From Macrostomum lignano (taxonomy: Eukaryota): 64,000 nucleotides of DNA. Where the stretch lies: NCBI GenBank assembly GCA_002269645.1, contig NIVC01001208.1, positions 1 to 64,000 on the forward strand. The letters run 5' to 3'. Each line of letters starts with the position of its first letter. The stretch's first letter is position 1. The notes beneath the pieces are model-generated. The model worked only from the letters and a program-made list of their open reading frames with translations, ran no database searches and was not told the DNA's origin. Positions 1-23,452 of this stretch are shown here, one piece after another. Both the position numbers and the translations under genes were made by a program.

Positions 1-7290
<7,290 letters not shown>

Positions 7291-7479
7291 AGTCCAGCTT
7301 GTATAATATCGGTACGGGTGCACCTGCAGCCTCTCTGATTGGTACAGAGCTTATCAGCGCTGTGCTGTGTGATTCACTGGTTTTTCCTTTTCACGCGTAA
7401 GCCAGAAATCGTTTGTCAAGTCATGAAGTTGAAATGGATTTCATTTATCAGTAATTTGAAAAGTCGATTAATCCAGATT

Positions 7480-7885
7480 AGAAACGCATTGATCTATATG
7501 AAAAACGCATTGATCTATATGAAAAATGCATTGATCTATATGAGAAATCGATTATTTTAAATTAGAAATTGATTAGCTTTTTTGAGAAACTTATTAATAT
7601 ATAAGATATATGTAATGTATTAATCTTTATGAGAAATTAATTAAGCTATATAATATATTGATTAATCTATATGAGAAATTAGTTAATCTATATGAGAAAT
7701 CATGAGAAATTGGCTAAATTATATGAGAAATTGATTAATCTATGAGAAATTTGTTCATCTATATGAGAAATTGGTTAATCTGTATGAGAAATTGGGTAAT
7801 CTATATGAGAAATTGGGTAATCTGTATGAGAAATTGGGTAATCTATATGAGAAATTATGATAAATAGATTAATCTATATAGGAAA
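7480..7885. repeat. ~22-bp AT-rich minisatellite upstream of XPOT
   Basis: Unit GAGAAATTG(A/G)TTAATCTATAT. Confidence 0.85.
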
Positions 7886-8444
7886 CCGATTATTTATGAG
7901 ACATTGCATATCTATGTATTGATAATAAATAACATAAAAACATACACGTAATTTAATCGCATTAACTGACGCAATATATTTCAATTCAATTCTTACAGAC
8001 TATTTCGCGCACCCAGAAGTAACAATAATGCCCGCAAGTGCCTATGACGAGCACAAGGCTGATATGACCTGCCGGGGACATCGGGTTGCACATAGGACAA
8101 TACAATGCATAGCTTTCATTTCTTCCCCAGCTTCAACAAAATTAATAACAAAAACAAGTACTTTTAAAATTTATTGCAAGCATCGTAAAGCAGGAGAACA
8201 GAACAAAATAAGAGACAAACGCAACAGAAAAGAAACACTAAAAAGGACAAAAAATTGTGAAAGAACTAAACTTGTTTAGTAGAACAAAATAATTATAAGA
8301 CGGAAAGTAATTCAATATTATAAAATTAGTAAAAATGACAATGTGACAGTCGATCTTGAGCCACAGAAAATTAATTCAATTCAATTCACACAATCCACAC
8401 CCCAATTAACACCAAACTCTTAAGGCCCAAATTGTACACGCCAA

Positions 8445-8823
8445 AGGGCTGTTGTACACCCCGTGGGAGCGTGTGTATTGAGTGCCTTCCAGCATACTAG
8501 TATCCGCCGGGCTGTTGTACACCCCGTGGGAGCGTGTGTATTGAGTGCTTTCCAGCATAATAGTATCCGCCGGGCTGTTGTACACCCCGTGGGAGCGTGT
8601 GTATTGAGTGCTTTCCAGCATACTAGTATCCGCCGGGCTCTTGTACACCCCGTGGGAGCGTGTGTATTGAGTGCCTTCCAGCATACTAGTATCCGCCGGG
8701 CTGTTGTACACCCCGTGGGAGCGTGTGTATTGAGTGCTTTCCAGCATACTAGTATCCGCCGGGCTGTTGTACACCCCGTGGGAGCGTGTGTATTGAGTGC
8801 TTTCCAGCATACTAGTATCCGCC
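8445..8823. repeat. 63-bp tandem repeat x6
   Basis: Near-identical copies of GGGCTGTTGTACACCCCGTGGGAGCGTGTGTATTGAGTGCCTTCCAGCATACTAGTATCCGCC. Confidence 0.97.
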
Positions 8824-9640
8824 GAAGACGTTGCGCCAATATCGGAATCGGTAAAGGAAATGAGTAAACTAAAATAAAATTGCCATTGACAGAAATATTG
8901 CATAGTAAAAAACTAATATATGACTTACGCGTACATATATAGTATAAACTTAAAAGTGGAAATAAAAGAGAGACATATACAAAAGGAGCAATTCAAGCTA
9001 ATCAATGATATTCCACGAAGATCATCATTGCGCTCATTAACAAACAATGATATCTGAGGAAAATAAAAAATTAAACAATGCAAATTGTGACAATACAACA
9101 ATATCGAGCAGTTTAAATCATTTTGGTGTATCCGTGCCTGTTAATCAAACATACTACTATACACGCATATAGAAGCTACTCATTATGCAAATATACGAGC
9201 ACGCAATAAAAAAAGAACTTAAAAACGCACGATGCACTACTATTCATTAATTTTACCGCTAAAAGTAGCACGGATAGAATTTTATTTAAAAAAGTACTTT
9301 GTGCGCCTTAATAAAATTAACCAATATTGTCTCCGAGACCAATTTAAAAAAACACGCGTGACTAGAACAAAAGATTTATGCGCAAAAGAAAGCTAATAAA
9401 TTTTGCGGAAGAATATCAAATTTAAAGCGGCGATTAACTAGTATTATAGTAAAATAAATAATAGAACGCATAGTCGAATGATGCTACTAACTAAAGAGTT
9501 TCTCAGTAGACGTACAGAAAAATCGATAATTTTTTAATGCTCTTCAAAAATAGGTCAATATTTTGGGTGAACTTGTGCGTATAAGTTAAATACGATTTCG
9601 CACACACTAAAATTGTCATTTTGATTAGAAACAGACACGC

Positions 9641-9910
9641 TTAACGAATTACAAAGCTGGTATTGCCCAAAATTTCCTCATCCTCAGACTGGCAGTCGTC
9701 GCAGATGCCGCGTATGTCAGCGCCGTCGGTTACGACGTGGCCGCATCGTTCCGGCATCATCAGTTTGAGCAGGGGCCGATTGCCGCTGCCAGTGCCCCGC
9801 TTGCCGAACGCTCCTGTGTAGGGATACTGAGGGAATTTGAGATGGGGCGGGACATACATGCGCAACAGTCGGCCGAGTCGGCCGATCCGGCCGACCGATT
9901 TGGCGGCCAA
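9641..9910 (-). CDS. Possible coding exon of unknown product
   Basis: GC-rich non-repetitive ORF (KLMMPERCGHVV...GICDDC) with a GTAATT donor candidate after NTSF. No ATG and no clear acceptor. Confidence 0.2.
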   Translation of the reverse strand: MAAKSVGRIGRLGRLLRMYVPPHLKFPQYPYTGAFGKRGTGSGNRPLLKLMMPERCGHVVTDGADIRGICDDCQSEDEEILGNTSFVIR

Positions 9911-10053
9911 TCAAAGAAGTCGCAAAAATGCCCACCCAAAAAACACCCAAGTAGTAGTACTAAGTAGCTGACGAGGCATTTTGGCCTAATAAGACAGTCA
10001 TAGTTACTCCTGCCGTTTACCCTAAGTTGCGTTAATTTTGCTTTAGGATTTTT

Positions 10054-10188
10054 TTACATGTAAGTCGCATTTTTGTTAAAACTAAGTCGCACGGCCGACA
10101 GAATTTTGGAGGTTGCGCATGTATGGGGCGGGATGCAGCTGCGAGTATTCATGTAGCTATTCTCGATGACTTGGGGATAGATATTAAA
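10054..10188 (-). CDS. Candidate terminal exon of the MS4A-like gene
   Basis: Acceptor ttctcccag followed by phase-0 FNIYPQVIENSYMNT...NATYM*, compatible with the phase-0 donor at 13147. Competing acceptors at 13079 and ~11070 give near-immediate stops. Confidence 0.35.
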   Translation of the reverse strand, partial: FNIYPQVIENSYMNTRSCIPPHTCATSKILSAVRLSFNKNATYM

Positions 10189-10204
10189 CTGGGAGAATCT
10201 GTGG

Positions 10205-11055
10205 GGCTGTCCCAGCAACTGAAGATCTGGGAGGCTGGCCCAGCAACTGATCTGGGAGGCTGGCCCACCAACTGATCTGGGAGGCTGGCCCAGCAACTGA
10301 GGATCTGGGAGGCTGGCCCAGCAACTGAGGATCTGGGAGGCTGGCCCAGCAACTGAGGATCTGGGAGGCTGGCCCAGCAACTGAGGATCTGGGAGGCTGG
10401 CCCAGCAACTGACATTCTGGCAGGCTGGCCCAGCAACTGAGGATCTGGGAGGCTGGCCCAGCAACTGAGGATCTGGGAGGCTGGCCCAGCAACTGAGGAT
10501 TTGTGAGGCTGGCCCAGCAACTGATCTGGGAGGCTGGCCCAGCAACTGATCTGGGAGGCTGGCCCAGCAACTGAGGCTCTGGGAGGCTGGCCCAGCAACT
10601 GATCTGGGAGGCTGGCCCAGCAACTGATCTGGGAGGCTGGCCCAGCAACTGATCTGGGAGGCTGGCCCAGCAACTGAGGATCTGGGAGGCTGGCCCAGCA
10701 ACTGAGGATCTGGGAGGCTGGCCCAGCAACTGAGGATCTGGGAGGCTGGCCCAGCAACTGAGGATCCGGGACGCTGGCCCAGCAACTGAGGATCTGGGAG
10801 GCTGGCCCAGCAACCGGATCTGGGAGGCTGGCTCAGCAACTGATAATCTGGGAGGCTGGCCCAGCAACTGAGGATCTGGGAGGCTGGCCCAGCAACTGAG
10901 GATCTGGGAGGCTGGCCCAGCAACTGAGGATCTGGGAGGCTGGCCCAGCAACTGAGGATCTGGGAGGCTGGCCCAGCAACTGAGGATCTGGGAGGCTGGC
11001 CCAGCAACTGAGGATCTGGGAGGCTGGCTTAGCAACTGAGGATCTGGGAGGCTGG
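10205..11055. repeat. 28/25-bp minisatellite
   Basis: Unit GAGGATCTGGGAGGCTGGCCCAGCAACT with 25-bp variants; stop-free in all minus frames, which explains the overlapping ORFs. Confidence 0.97.
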
Positions 11056-11694
11056 CGGTGGTGGCCTAGAGCTGCGAAGATGGTAACAGTTGAAATGCAA
11101 GAACAATAAGATGCATGATGCACTAATAGCATATTGTGCAGAACATCTACATGCATACAACACAGAAATATATAAATGCAGTCACGCTAGTACTTTCACA
11201 CTACTATATGCATAAATATGAAAGTATATAGTGCATCTAAATGCATGCATTAGTTACAGGGTGCAAATAGGAACTATCTGCTAAAAGCTATAGTTTAAAA
11301 CCTTAATTCCAAAGAGTAGTGCCATACACAACATGGAGATAAAAACAAGACCAAATACAGAAATATATTCAAGAATGTACCTGTGATATTGTGAAGCAGA
11401 AAAACTTGGTAGTTTAAAAAATCAGTCCAAAGTTTAGAAAGGCATATAAATACGAGCTATTCAATTATATCAAGAAAAACCGGTAATAGACTGCTTCGTT
11501 TTAACTCCGACTTGGAGTACAGGAGGTCCTTTGAACCTGCGCGTGACAAGCAAATGTAAGATAGACAATAAATCATGGCTTACATATGATATGGCATTGG
11601 CGTTATGGGAAATTGCGAACGACGGAAGTATTATCATATTGATAATTAAAAATCTAGGAATTAGGAGAGAATTTTTTGCATAGTGGATTCTACT

Positions 11695-13080
11695 AGTGGC
11701 TTAGGGGAGATTCTATTGGCGATTTAGGGGAGATTCTATCAGCGATTTAGGGGATTCTATTGGCGATTTAGGGGAGATTCTATTGGCGATTGAGGGGAGA
11801 TTCTATCAGCGATTTAGGGGATTCTATTGGCGATTTAGGGGAGATTCTATTGGCGATTTAGGGGAGATTCTATCAGCGATTTAGGGGATTCTATTGACGA
11901 TTTAGGGGAGATTCTATTGGCGGTTTAGGGAAGATTCTATTAGCGGTTTAGGGGAGATTCTATTGGCGGTTTAGGGGAGATTCTATTGGCGATTTAGGGG
12001 AGATTCTATTGGCGGTTTAGGGGAGATTCTATTGGCGGTTTAGGGGAGATTTTTTTGGCGATTGAGGGGAGATTCTATTAACGATTTAGGGGAGATTCTA
12101 TCAGCGATTTAGGGGATTCTATTGGCGATTTAGAGGTTCTATCAGCGATTTAGGGGAGATTCTGTTAGCGATTTAAGGGAGATTCTGTTGGCGGTTTAGG
12201 GAAAATTCGATTGACGATTTAGGGGAGATCCTATTGGCGGTTTAGGGGAAATCCTATTGGCGATTCATGGGAGATTCTGTGGGCGAGTTAGATGAGGTTA
12301 TATCAGCGATTTAGGGGAGGTTCTATTGGCGATTTAGGGGAGATCCTATTGGCGATTGAGGGGAGATTCTATTGGCGGCTTAGGGGAGATTCTGTTGGCG
12401 ATTTAGGGGAGATTCTATTGGCGATTTAGGGGAGATTCTGTTAGCGAGTTAGAGGAGGTTATATCAGCGATTTAGGGGAGGTTCTATTGGCGATTTAGGG
12501 GAGATTCTGTTGGCGATTTAGGGGGAGATTCTGTTGGCGATTTAGGGGAGATTTTATTGGCGATTGAGGGGAGATTCTATTAACGATTTAGGGGAGATTC
12601 TATCAGCGATTTAGGGGATTCTATTGGCGATTTAGAGGTTCTATCAGCGATTTAGGGGAGATTCTGTTAGCGATTTAAGGGAGATTCTGTTGGCGGTTTA
12701 GGGAAAATTCTATTGACGATTTAGGGGAGATCCTATTGGCGGTTTAGGGGAAATCCTATTGGCGATTCATGGGAGATTCTGTGGGCGAGTTAGATGAGGT
12801 TATATCAGCGATTTAGGGGAGGTTCTATTGGCGATTTAGGGGAGATCCTATTGGCGATTGAGGGGAGATTCTATTGGCGGCTTAGGGGAGATTCTGTTGG
12901 CGATTTAGGGGAGATTCTATTGGCGATTTAGGAGAGATTCTGTGGGCGAGTTAGAGGAGGTTATATCAGCGATTTAGGGGAGGTTCTATTGGCGATTTAG
13001 GGGAGATTCTGTTGGCGATTTAGGGGGAGATTCTGTTGGCGATTTAGGGGGAGATTCTGTTGGCGGTTTAGGGGAGATTC
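11695..13080. repeat. 23-bp satellite with a ~502-bp higher-order duplication
   Basis: Unit GCGATTTAGGGGAGATTCTATTG; the variant pattern starting at 12061 recurs at 12563. Confidence 0.95.
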
Positions 13081-13147
13081 TACGGGAGAAGATACACGCG
13101 GTAAACAAGCGGACAAGCCGTAGGTAAAACAATCAGACTCAACTCAC

Positions 13148-15035
13148 ATTCAAAGAATTATTGCTTCTCTTTAATTCAGAGAACGAGTCGCGCTGTGACT
13201 TTCGGCACACGGTTCTAACAAAGATGCCCAATACTTGCAATAGATTTTTGCCGATACAGAAGTCGCACAATACGCAGGCTAGCACTAGCAGCCAGCTAGT
13301 AATTAACAATATAGCGTTCAGCGCTTGCAACAATCTAATTGGCCAATTACGCGAATTGCTTTGATGGTCGCCGTCGCCGCTAGTAGGCTGAGATTGCGAC
13401 ACCCAGGACAGCACCAGTAGCAATAGGCCTAGGCAGAGCAGGCCAAGGTTTAATAGAGAGTACAGGCGATACAGGTGCAACTGCGGGCAGGTATGAAACA
13501 ATAAGCGAAGGATACTACTAAGAGTAGCAATCGTTGAAAACGTGAATAATAGCATTTTAAAATTAAAAATGGTTAATTACCAAGCGCTGCAACGATGTCT
13601 TTGAATACCAAAGAGCGAAAATACTGGAGATTATCATCTGCAATTTCAAGCAATTATTCAAATTAATCAATATTACAATATAATAGAAAATTCTGGAAAC
13701 GGAAAAAATTCTGAAAACGGCAACATTTCTAACGTTTATAGCTTTACACTATACTGCAGCACACTATTCAGTAATTTTTTTATTTTATACAGACAACCTA
13801 CACCGACACACTTGAAATCTACATCGGCACATCTCAAACCTACACCGACACACTTGAAATCTACATCGGCACATCTCAAACCTACACCGACACACTTGAA
13901 ATCTACATCGGCACATCTCAAACCTACACCGACACACTTGAAATCTACATCGGCACATCTCAAACCTACACCGACAAATCTCGAACCTACAGACACACTT
14001 GAAATCTACATCGGCACATCTCAAACCTACACCGACAAATCTCGAACCTACACAGACACACTTGAAATCTACATCGGCACATCTCAAACCTACACCGACA
14101 AATCTCGAACCTACAGACACACTTGAAATCTACATCGGCACATCTCAAACCTACACCGACAAATCTCGAACCTACACAGACACACTTGAAATCTACATCG
14201 GCACATCTCAAACCTACACCGACAAATCTCGAACCTACACCGACACACTTGAAATCTACATCGGCACATCTCAAACCTACACCGACAAATCTCGAACCTA
14301 CACCGACACACTTGAAATCTACATCGGCACATCTCAAACCTACACCGACAAATCTCGAACCTACACCGACACACTTGAAATCTACATCGGCACTGTCACG
14401 GACATACCTACAATCCACAGGTAGGATACCCACAAGCCTACAAAAGCCAGCACTTCCCCGCGCCAACGACTCACCGATATTGAGCACCAGAGCGGAAAGC
14501 CAAACCCCGCGGTGACATCAAACGGTCGGGCCTGTTCAGTCTCTTTAAACATCGAGCTGGTGCTAAACGCGGTGGAAGAAGCGTTATTACGATCGCTAGC
14601 CCTATTAGCGCAAGATCTATATAGGGCATCTGATAGGCCAATCACGCAGCCAACTAAGCCCAGCACTAGCTGAGCCCAGCCCAGCAGCAATGGTACGCGC
14701 GAATTAGTTCTAGCGCTAACCACCTCTAATAGACTGTCGGCGTCTCCGTCTCGACCGCTTCTATTACTACTTCTGGCGTTAATAGTAGTAGCATTAGCAT
14801 TACTAGCATTATTACTAATCGGGGTAGCAGTATTATTATCTAATTGAACTGACGGCCTGACAGCGGTTGTAGGCGCAGACGAAAACGCTGCATTACTATT
14901 GCTATGATTACTATTAGTAATATTATTATTAGCTATCCGATTTGAGGCAACCGCAGGAATGGCAACAATGGAATCGTCAGAAACAATTTCAGGTTCGCTC
15001 CGTGTGTGATAGCCGGCGACTTGACTAGGCATCAT
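13148..15035 (-). CDS. CD20/MS4A-like four-transmembrane protein (C-terminal exon unresolved)
   Basis: Exons 15035-14475, 13637-13581 and 13480-13148 are all phase 0, GT-AG and in frame. Four hydrophobic segments (LLLGWAQLVLGLVGCVIGL; GFGFPLWCSISMIISSIFALW; LYSLLNLGLLCLGLLLLVLSWV; LQALNAILLITSWLLVLACVLC). The Q-x2-LG and G-x-P-x-W motifs resemble the CD20-like family. Confidence 0.7.
13795..14392. repeat. 21-bp-based minisatellite with 42- and 63-bp higher-order units
   Basis: ACCTACACCGACACACTTGAA / ATCTACATCGGCACATCTCAA / ACCTACACCGACAAATCTCGA; intronic. Confidence 0.95.
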
Positions 15036-15279
15036 TTCTCAACTGAGAAATGGATGATGGATTGCTGGGTGGAAGCTGACAGGCCACTATGCGTTCATTG
15101 CCAACAATGGCTGATGTTATTAATCAAATACGAAGACGAAGTGGCATAAAAGACCAAAAGTTAAAATACGGTTATTTTTTATTTTAAACGTAAAATTAAC
15201 AAAATAACTACATGTGTAAATACACAGTTCAACATAGAGACATCCGAATCCTATATAGAATTCAGTTTCAGCTAAGATT

Positions 15280-15980
15280 CTCAATCACAGGTAAGAGATT
15301 TCCAATTACAGGTAAGAGATTTCCAATCACAGGTAAGAGATTACCAATCACAGGTAAGAGATTTCCAATCACAGGTAAGAGATTACCAATCACAGGTAAG
15401 AGATTACCAATCACAGGTAAGAGATTACCAATCACAAGTAGGAGATTTCCAATCACAGGTAAGAGATTACCAATCACAGGTAAGAGATTCCCAATCACAG
15501 GTGAGAGATTCCCAATCACAGGTGAGAGATTTACAATCACAGGTGAGAGATTCCTAATCACAGGTAAGATATTACCAATGACAGGTAAGAGGTAAGAAAT
15601 CCCAAATCTCAGGTGGGAGAACCCCAATCTCAGGTGAGAGAACCTCAATCTCAGGCGAGAGAATCCCAATCTCAGGCAAGAGAACCCCAATCTCAGGTGA
15701 GAGAACCTCAATCTCAGGCGAGAGAACCCCAATCTCAGGTGAGAGAACCCCAATCCCAGGTGAGAGAACCCCAATCTCAGGTGAGAGAACCTCAATCTCA
15801 GGCGAGAGAACCCCAATCTCAGGTGAGAGAACCCCAATCCTAGGTGAGAGAACCTCAATCTCAGGCGAGAGAACCCCAATCTCAGGCAAGAGAACCCCAA
15901 TCTCAGGTGAGAGAACCTCAATCTCAGGCGAGAGAACCCCAATCTCAGGTGAGAGAACCCCAATCCCAGGTGAGAGAACC
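15280..15980. repeat. Two related 21-bp minisatellites in tandem
   Basis: AATCACAGGTAAGAGATTTCC at 15280-15600, then AATCTCAGGTGAGAGAACCCC at 15600-15980. Confidence 0.95.
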
Positions 15981-16759
15981 TAGATAACAATGTTTCGTAA
16001 ATGCCTATTGTACCAAATCATAAAATAATTCGAAAAGACAACGAAGTCAGAAAATGACACCATACAGAGCATAAAGTTTATTTTATAGAGCCATTGACCG
16101 TCATCTGCCTACTAAAAAATGACTTAAATAATAAAAAGGCCTACAAATATTCGTAAATTGTTAAATCAAAAAGCACCATTAATCAGTGATCATAAACAGA
16201 CTAAATATTCTAATATTCAGATTTCAAGTCACAGAGCGAATGCACAAACGAATGCACTGTAGCGATAGATACTACTATATACTACTTATTAACTTATGCT
16301 ACTTATTAACTAGAAGACTACAAAAATACGGTATATATAAACAAGCACTAAATTAATACAAAATTGTAAAGTTAATCACAGCGGGACAAATCAATTCGGC
16401 AAAGTATTATTTCACACAAAAACATTGCCGATCTACAATGAATTGTAAAAAGTGGTTTTTTGTAAACTCTGGAATAGAACATACAGACAGTCATAGAGCA
16501 ACGTCAGCACCAACAATTAGGAAAAAATCGTCAAATATCTTAGAAAGATTGTCGCTCAACAGAGTTAACTGATTTTAATGCACTTTTATTAATACATGAT
16601 TACGGCGGACGCACTGATAATCCACTGGTCTACGACAATTGACAGCCACAAATTAACAGTCAAATCAGACTCCCACCTAAACCCTAACTTCCATACCCTC
16701 ACCATATACCTCTAACCTAAACCCTAACCCTAGACGAAAAACCGAACGCTAACAAAATT

Positions 16760-17020
16760 AATTTAATAATAATTGATTACACCTGCCCCAATGAGCAGAT
16801 GTGCAACCGACAGCTCAGCCGCAGCTATTGCGCGGCGCATCTGAAGGCTACGTACGGCTGTTCAGTCCAAGGACTTGGGGGTCGCCAAACAAACAGCCTC
16901 AATTACCCCAGCTAATGTTGGCACCCATTTTACAGCTGGGTGAACTAAAGCAATGCAGAGTTTAGTGTCTTGCTCAAGGACACAACCTGTTCTGAGTAGG
17001 TTGAGAATCGAACACCCCAC
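16760..17020 (-). mobile_element. tRNA-derived CORE-like SINE, 5'-truncated
   Basis: Reverse strand reads B-box GTTCGATTC, then GTGTCCTTGAGCAAGACACT...GCTGTAAAATGGG (resembles the MIR CORE domain), then an AT-rich tail. Homologous copies at 32878-33160 and 46985-47235. Confidence 0.8.
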
Positions 17021-17680
17021 CCCACCTTCAGGCTTATTGAGGGCATTGCTGAGATGTCAAGGGGGGAAGTTGATATGTTAAAGCTTGTGGGGGGGAATTA
17101 CTGACATGTCAAGGCTTACAAGGTTTGACAGGAGATTTTTTAAGATTTCAAGGATACATGTAGCTTATTAAAAAAACGTGTATTGCATTTCTTTGGCTCC
17201 CCAACGGGGGCGTAGATTGCTAGTTCTAACCTAAACCTAACTTAAAACCTAACCCTAACACAAACATCGGCAGTAAATTTGTGTTGTGCTGTCAACATAC
17301 TGATTCAGGTTAAACAATACTGAGGTGAAGAAAAACTCGAGGAAAAATCATTTCAATCTAATCAAAAATTCATTAGTGACTTGTATAGAAGACGTTAAAT
17401 AGTTCATTTAGTATGAAAAACACTTCAATATAAAAAACTGAAGCAAATTTATTATGCTCGGTCAATTGGTCAGTCATAAATTACAAAAACAGACAAGTAT
17501 ATAAGGATTTACTGCGTCACCAAGATAGCTCTACACCAAAACCATTATAGTCTTAGGAAAGCACCATTGCCCGCCAACGATAAGACGATATATAATTATA
17601 ATAATGCGATGGGAAGATTAAAAGAGGCACCATAATATCCCCGCCTGAACTTGTAGCAGTCCACCCACCGCGCGATAATT

Positions 17681-17694
17681 GTCTCCATAGCAAC
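17681..17694. promoter_or_regulatory. RFX X-box motif
   Basis: GTCTCCATAGCAAC matches GTHNYY-AT-RRNAAC at every position; a second TAGCAAC half-site is at ~17715. Confidence 0.35.
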
Positions 17695-17713
17695 AAGCAC
17701 TTGACCGAATCAC

Positions 17714-22199
<4,486 letters not shown>

Positions 22200-22344
22200 C
22201 AGAAGAATACAATTGATAGACAGATTATACGATACATATTATACAGAACTTTAGGGAACGTAAATTGAATTCTGTGACAAAGCTCTAAACTACTTAAAGT
22301 AGGATAAATAGCCGGATATTAAAAGCTCATTTAACGATGCAAAA

Positions 22345-22670
22345 CGGCTCTAACACAACTCAAGGCGAATCTAACTGTCTAACACAACTGAAAGCGACTC
22401 TAACACGACTCAAAGCGACTCTAGAACGACTCAAAGCGACTCTAAAACGACTCAAAGCGACTCTAGAACGACTCAAAGCGACTCTAACATGGTTCAAAGC
22501 GACTCTAACATGACTCAAAGGGGCTCTAACACGACTCTAGAACGACTCAAAGCGACTCTAGAACGACTCAAAGCGACTCTAGAACGACTCAAAGCGACTC
22601 TAACATGGTTCAAAGCGACTCTAACATGACTCAAAGGGGCTCTAACACGACTCAAAGTGAGCTAAATTTA
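22345..22670. repeat. 21-bp minisatellite
   Basis: Unit ACTCAAAGCGACTCTA(A/G)(C/A)ACG. Confidence 0.9.
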
Positions 22671-23452
22671 ACACATAAATCAGATTCCCGGCTCTAGTTT
22701 TGCATATAATAACTATCTATAGACTCATAAGTAAATGATTAACAATGCAAGTACTACATATGCAACTTATTTATTATATATACATTCATGTACTAATTAT
22801 TAATGAAGACAGTGAATATTTTTACCTGTGAAACACAGCAGAGATTGAGAATATTTACGAGTAATAAAGAAATAATAAAAAATCTTTCAAGAAACTACAC
22901 TATCATTAATACAGCACAAGGTAACACAAGATTAAATTAGAGAAAAGCAGGAAAGCGTTGTATACGTTAGAGTCTACAAAATTACGAACGTATGCAGGTT
23001 ACTTCTTAATTAACTCGAAAATATACACAGAAATTAAACAGAAACGAGCTGCTTTCACGCCAAGGACTAATTTTCTTGTAAAATTTTAGGAGGCTTTTCT
23101 TATAGAAAAAAATGCATTACGGAGATGCGAGATTTTAATTTCTTCATCACAGTTGATATGTCATGCCTTACTTATAGCTCTTTTGATATTCATAAAGCTA
23201 TAATAAAGGTAAGACATGTCAAAAGATACACATAGGGTCTTCCTCCCTATCAAAAGTAGAAACAATTTTAGTGCTGATAAAATGAAAACATCCTAATTCC
23301 GTAATGTACTTTTGCGATAAAACCTGTCACCTCAATAAAGCGACGCTAAAATTGGCTAACATGATTAATTTTCTGCGAGAATCATTCGATTTCCACTATA
23401 CACGGCGCTCAGTAACCCGATCGCTAGTGTGAGGAGAAAAAGGAAGAGTTGC

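Noticed and set aside
9720-9790. LKLMMPERCGHVV...CDDC resembling the MAT1 RING finger
   Set aside because: The N-terminal CxxC is missing and the spacing is wrong, so no gene name is supportable.
13507-13514. GTATCCTT U12-like donor on the minus strand
   Set aside because: It falls inside a normal 100-bp GT-AG intron with no matching U12 branch site. The ATATCCTAAT at ~27605 was also rejected as a poor match with no exon context.
16675-17260. CCCTAA-like motifs as interstitial telomere
   Set aside because: Only a few degenerate, non-tandem copies flank the SINE.
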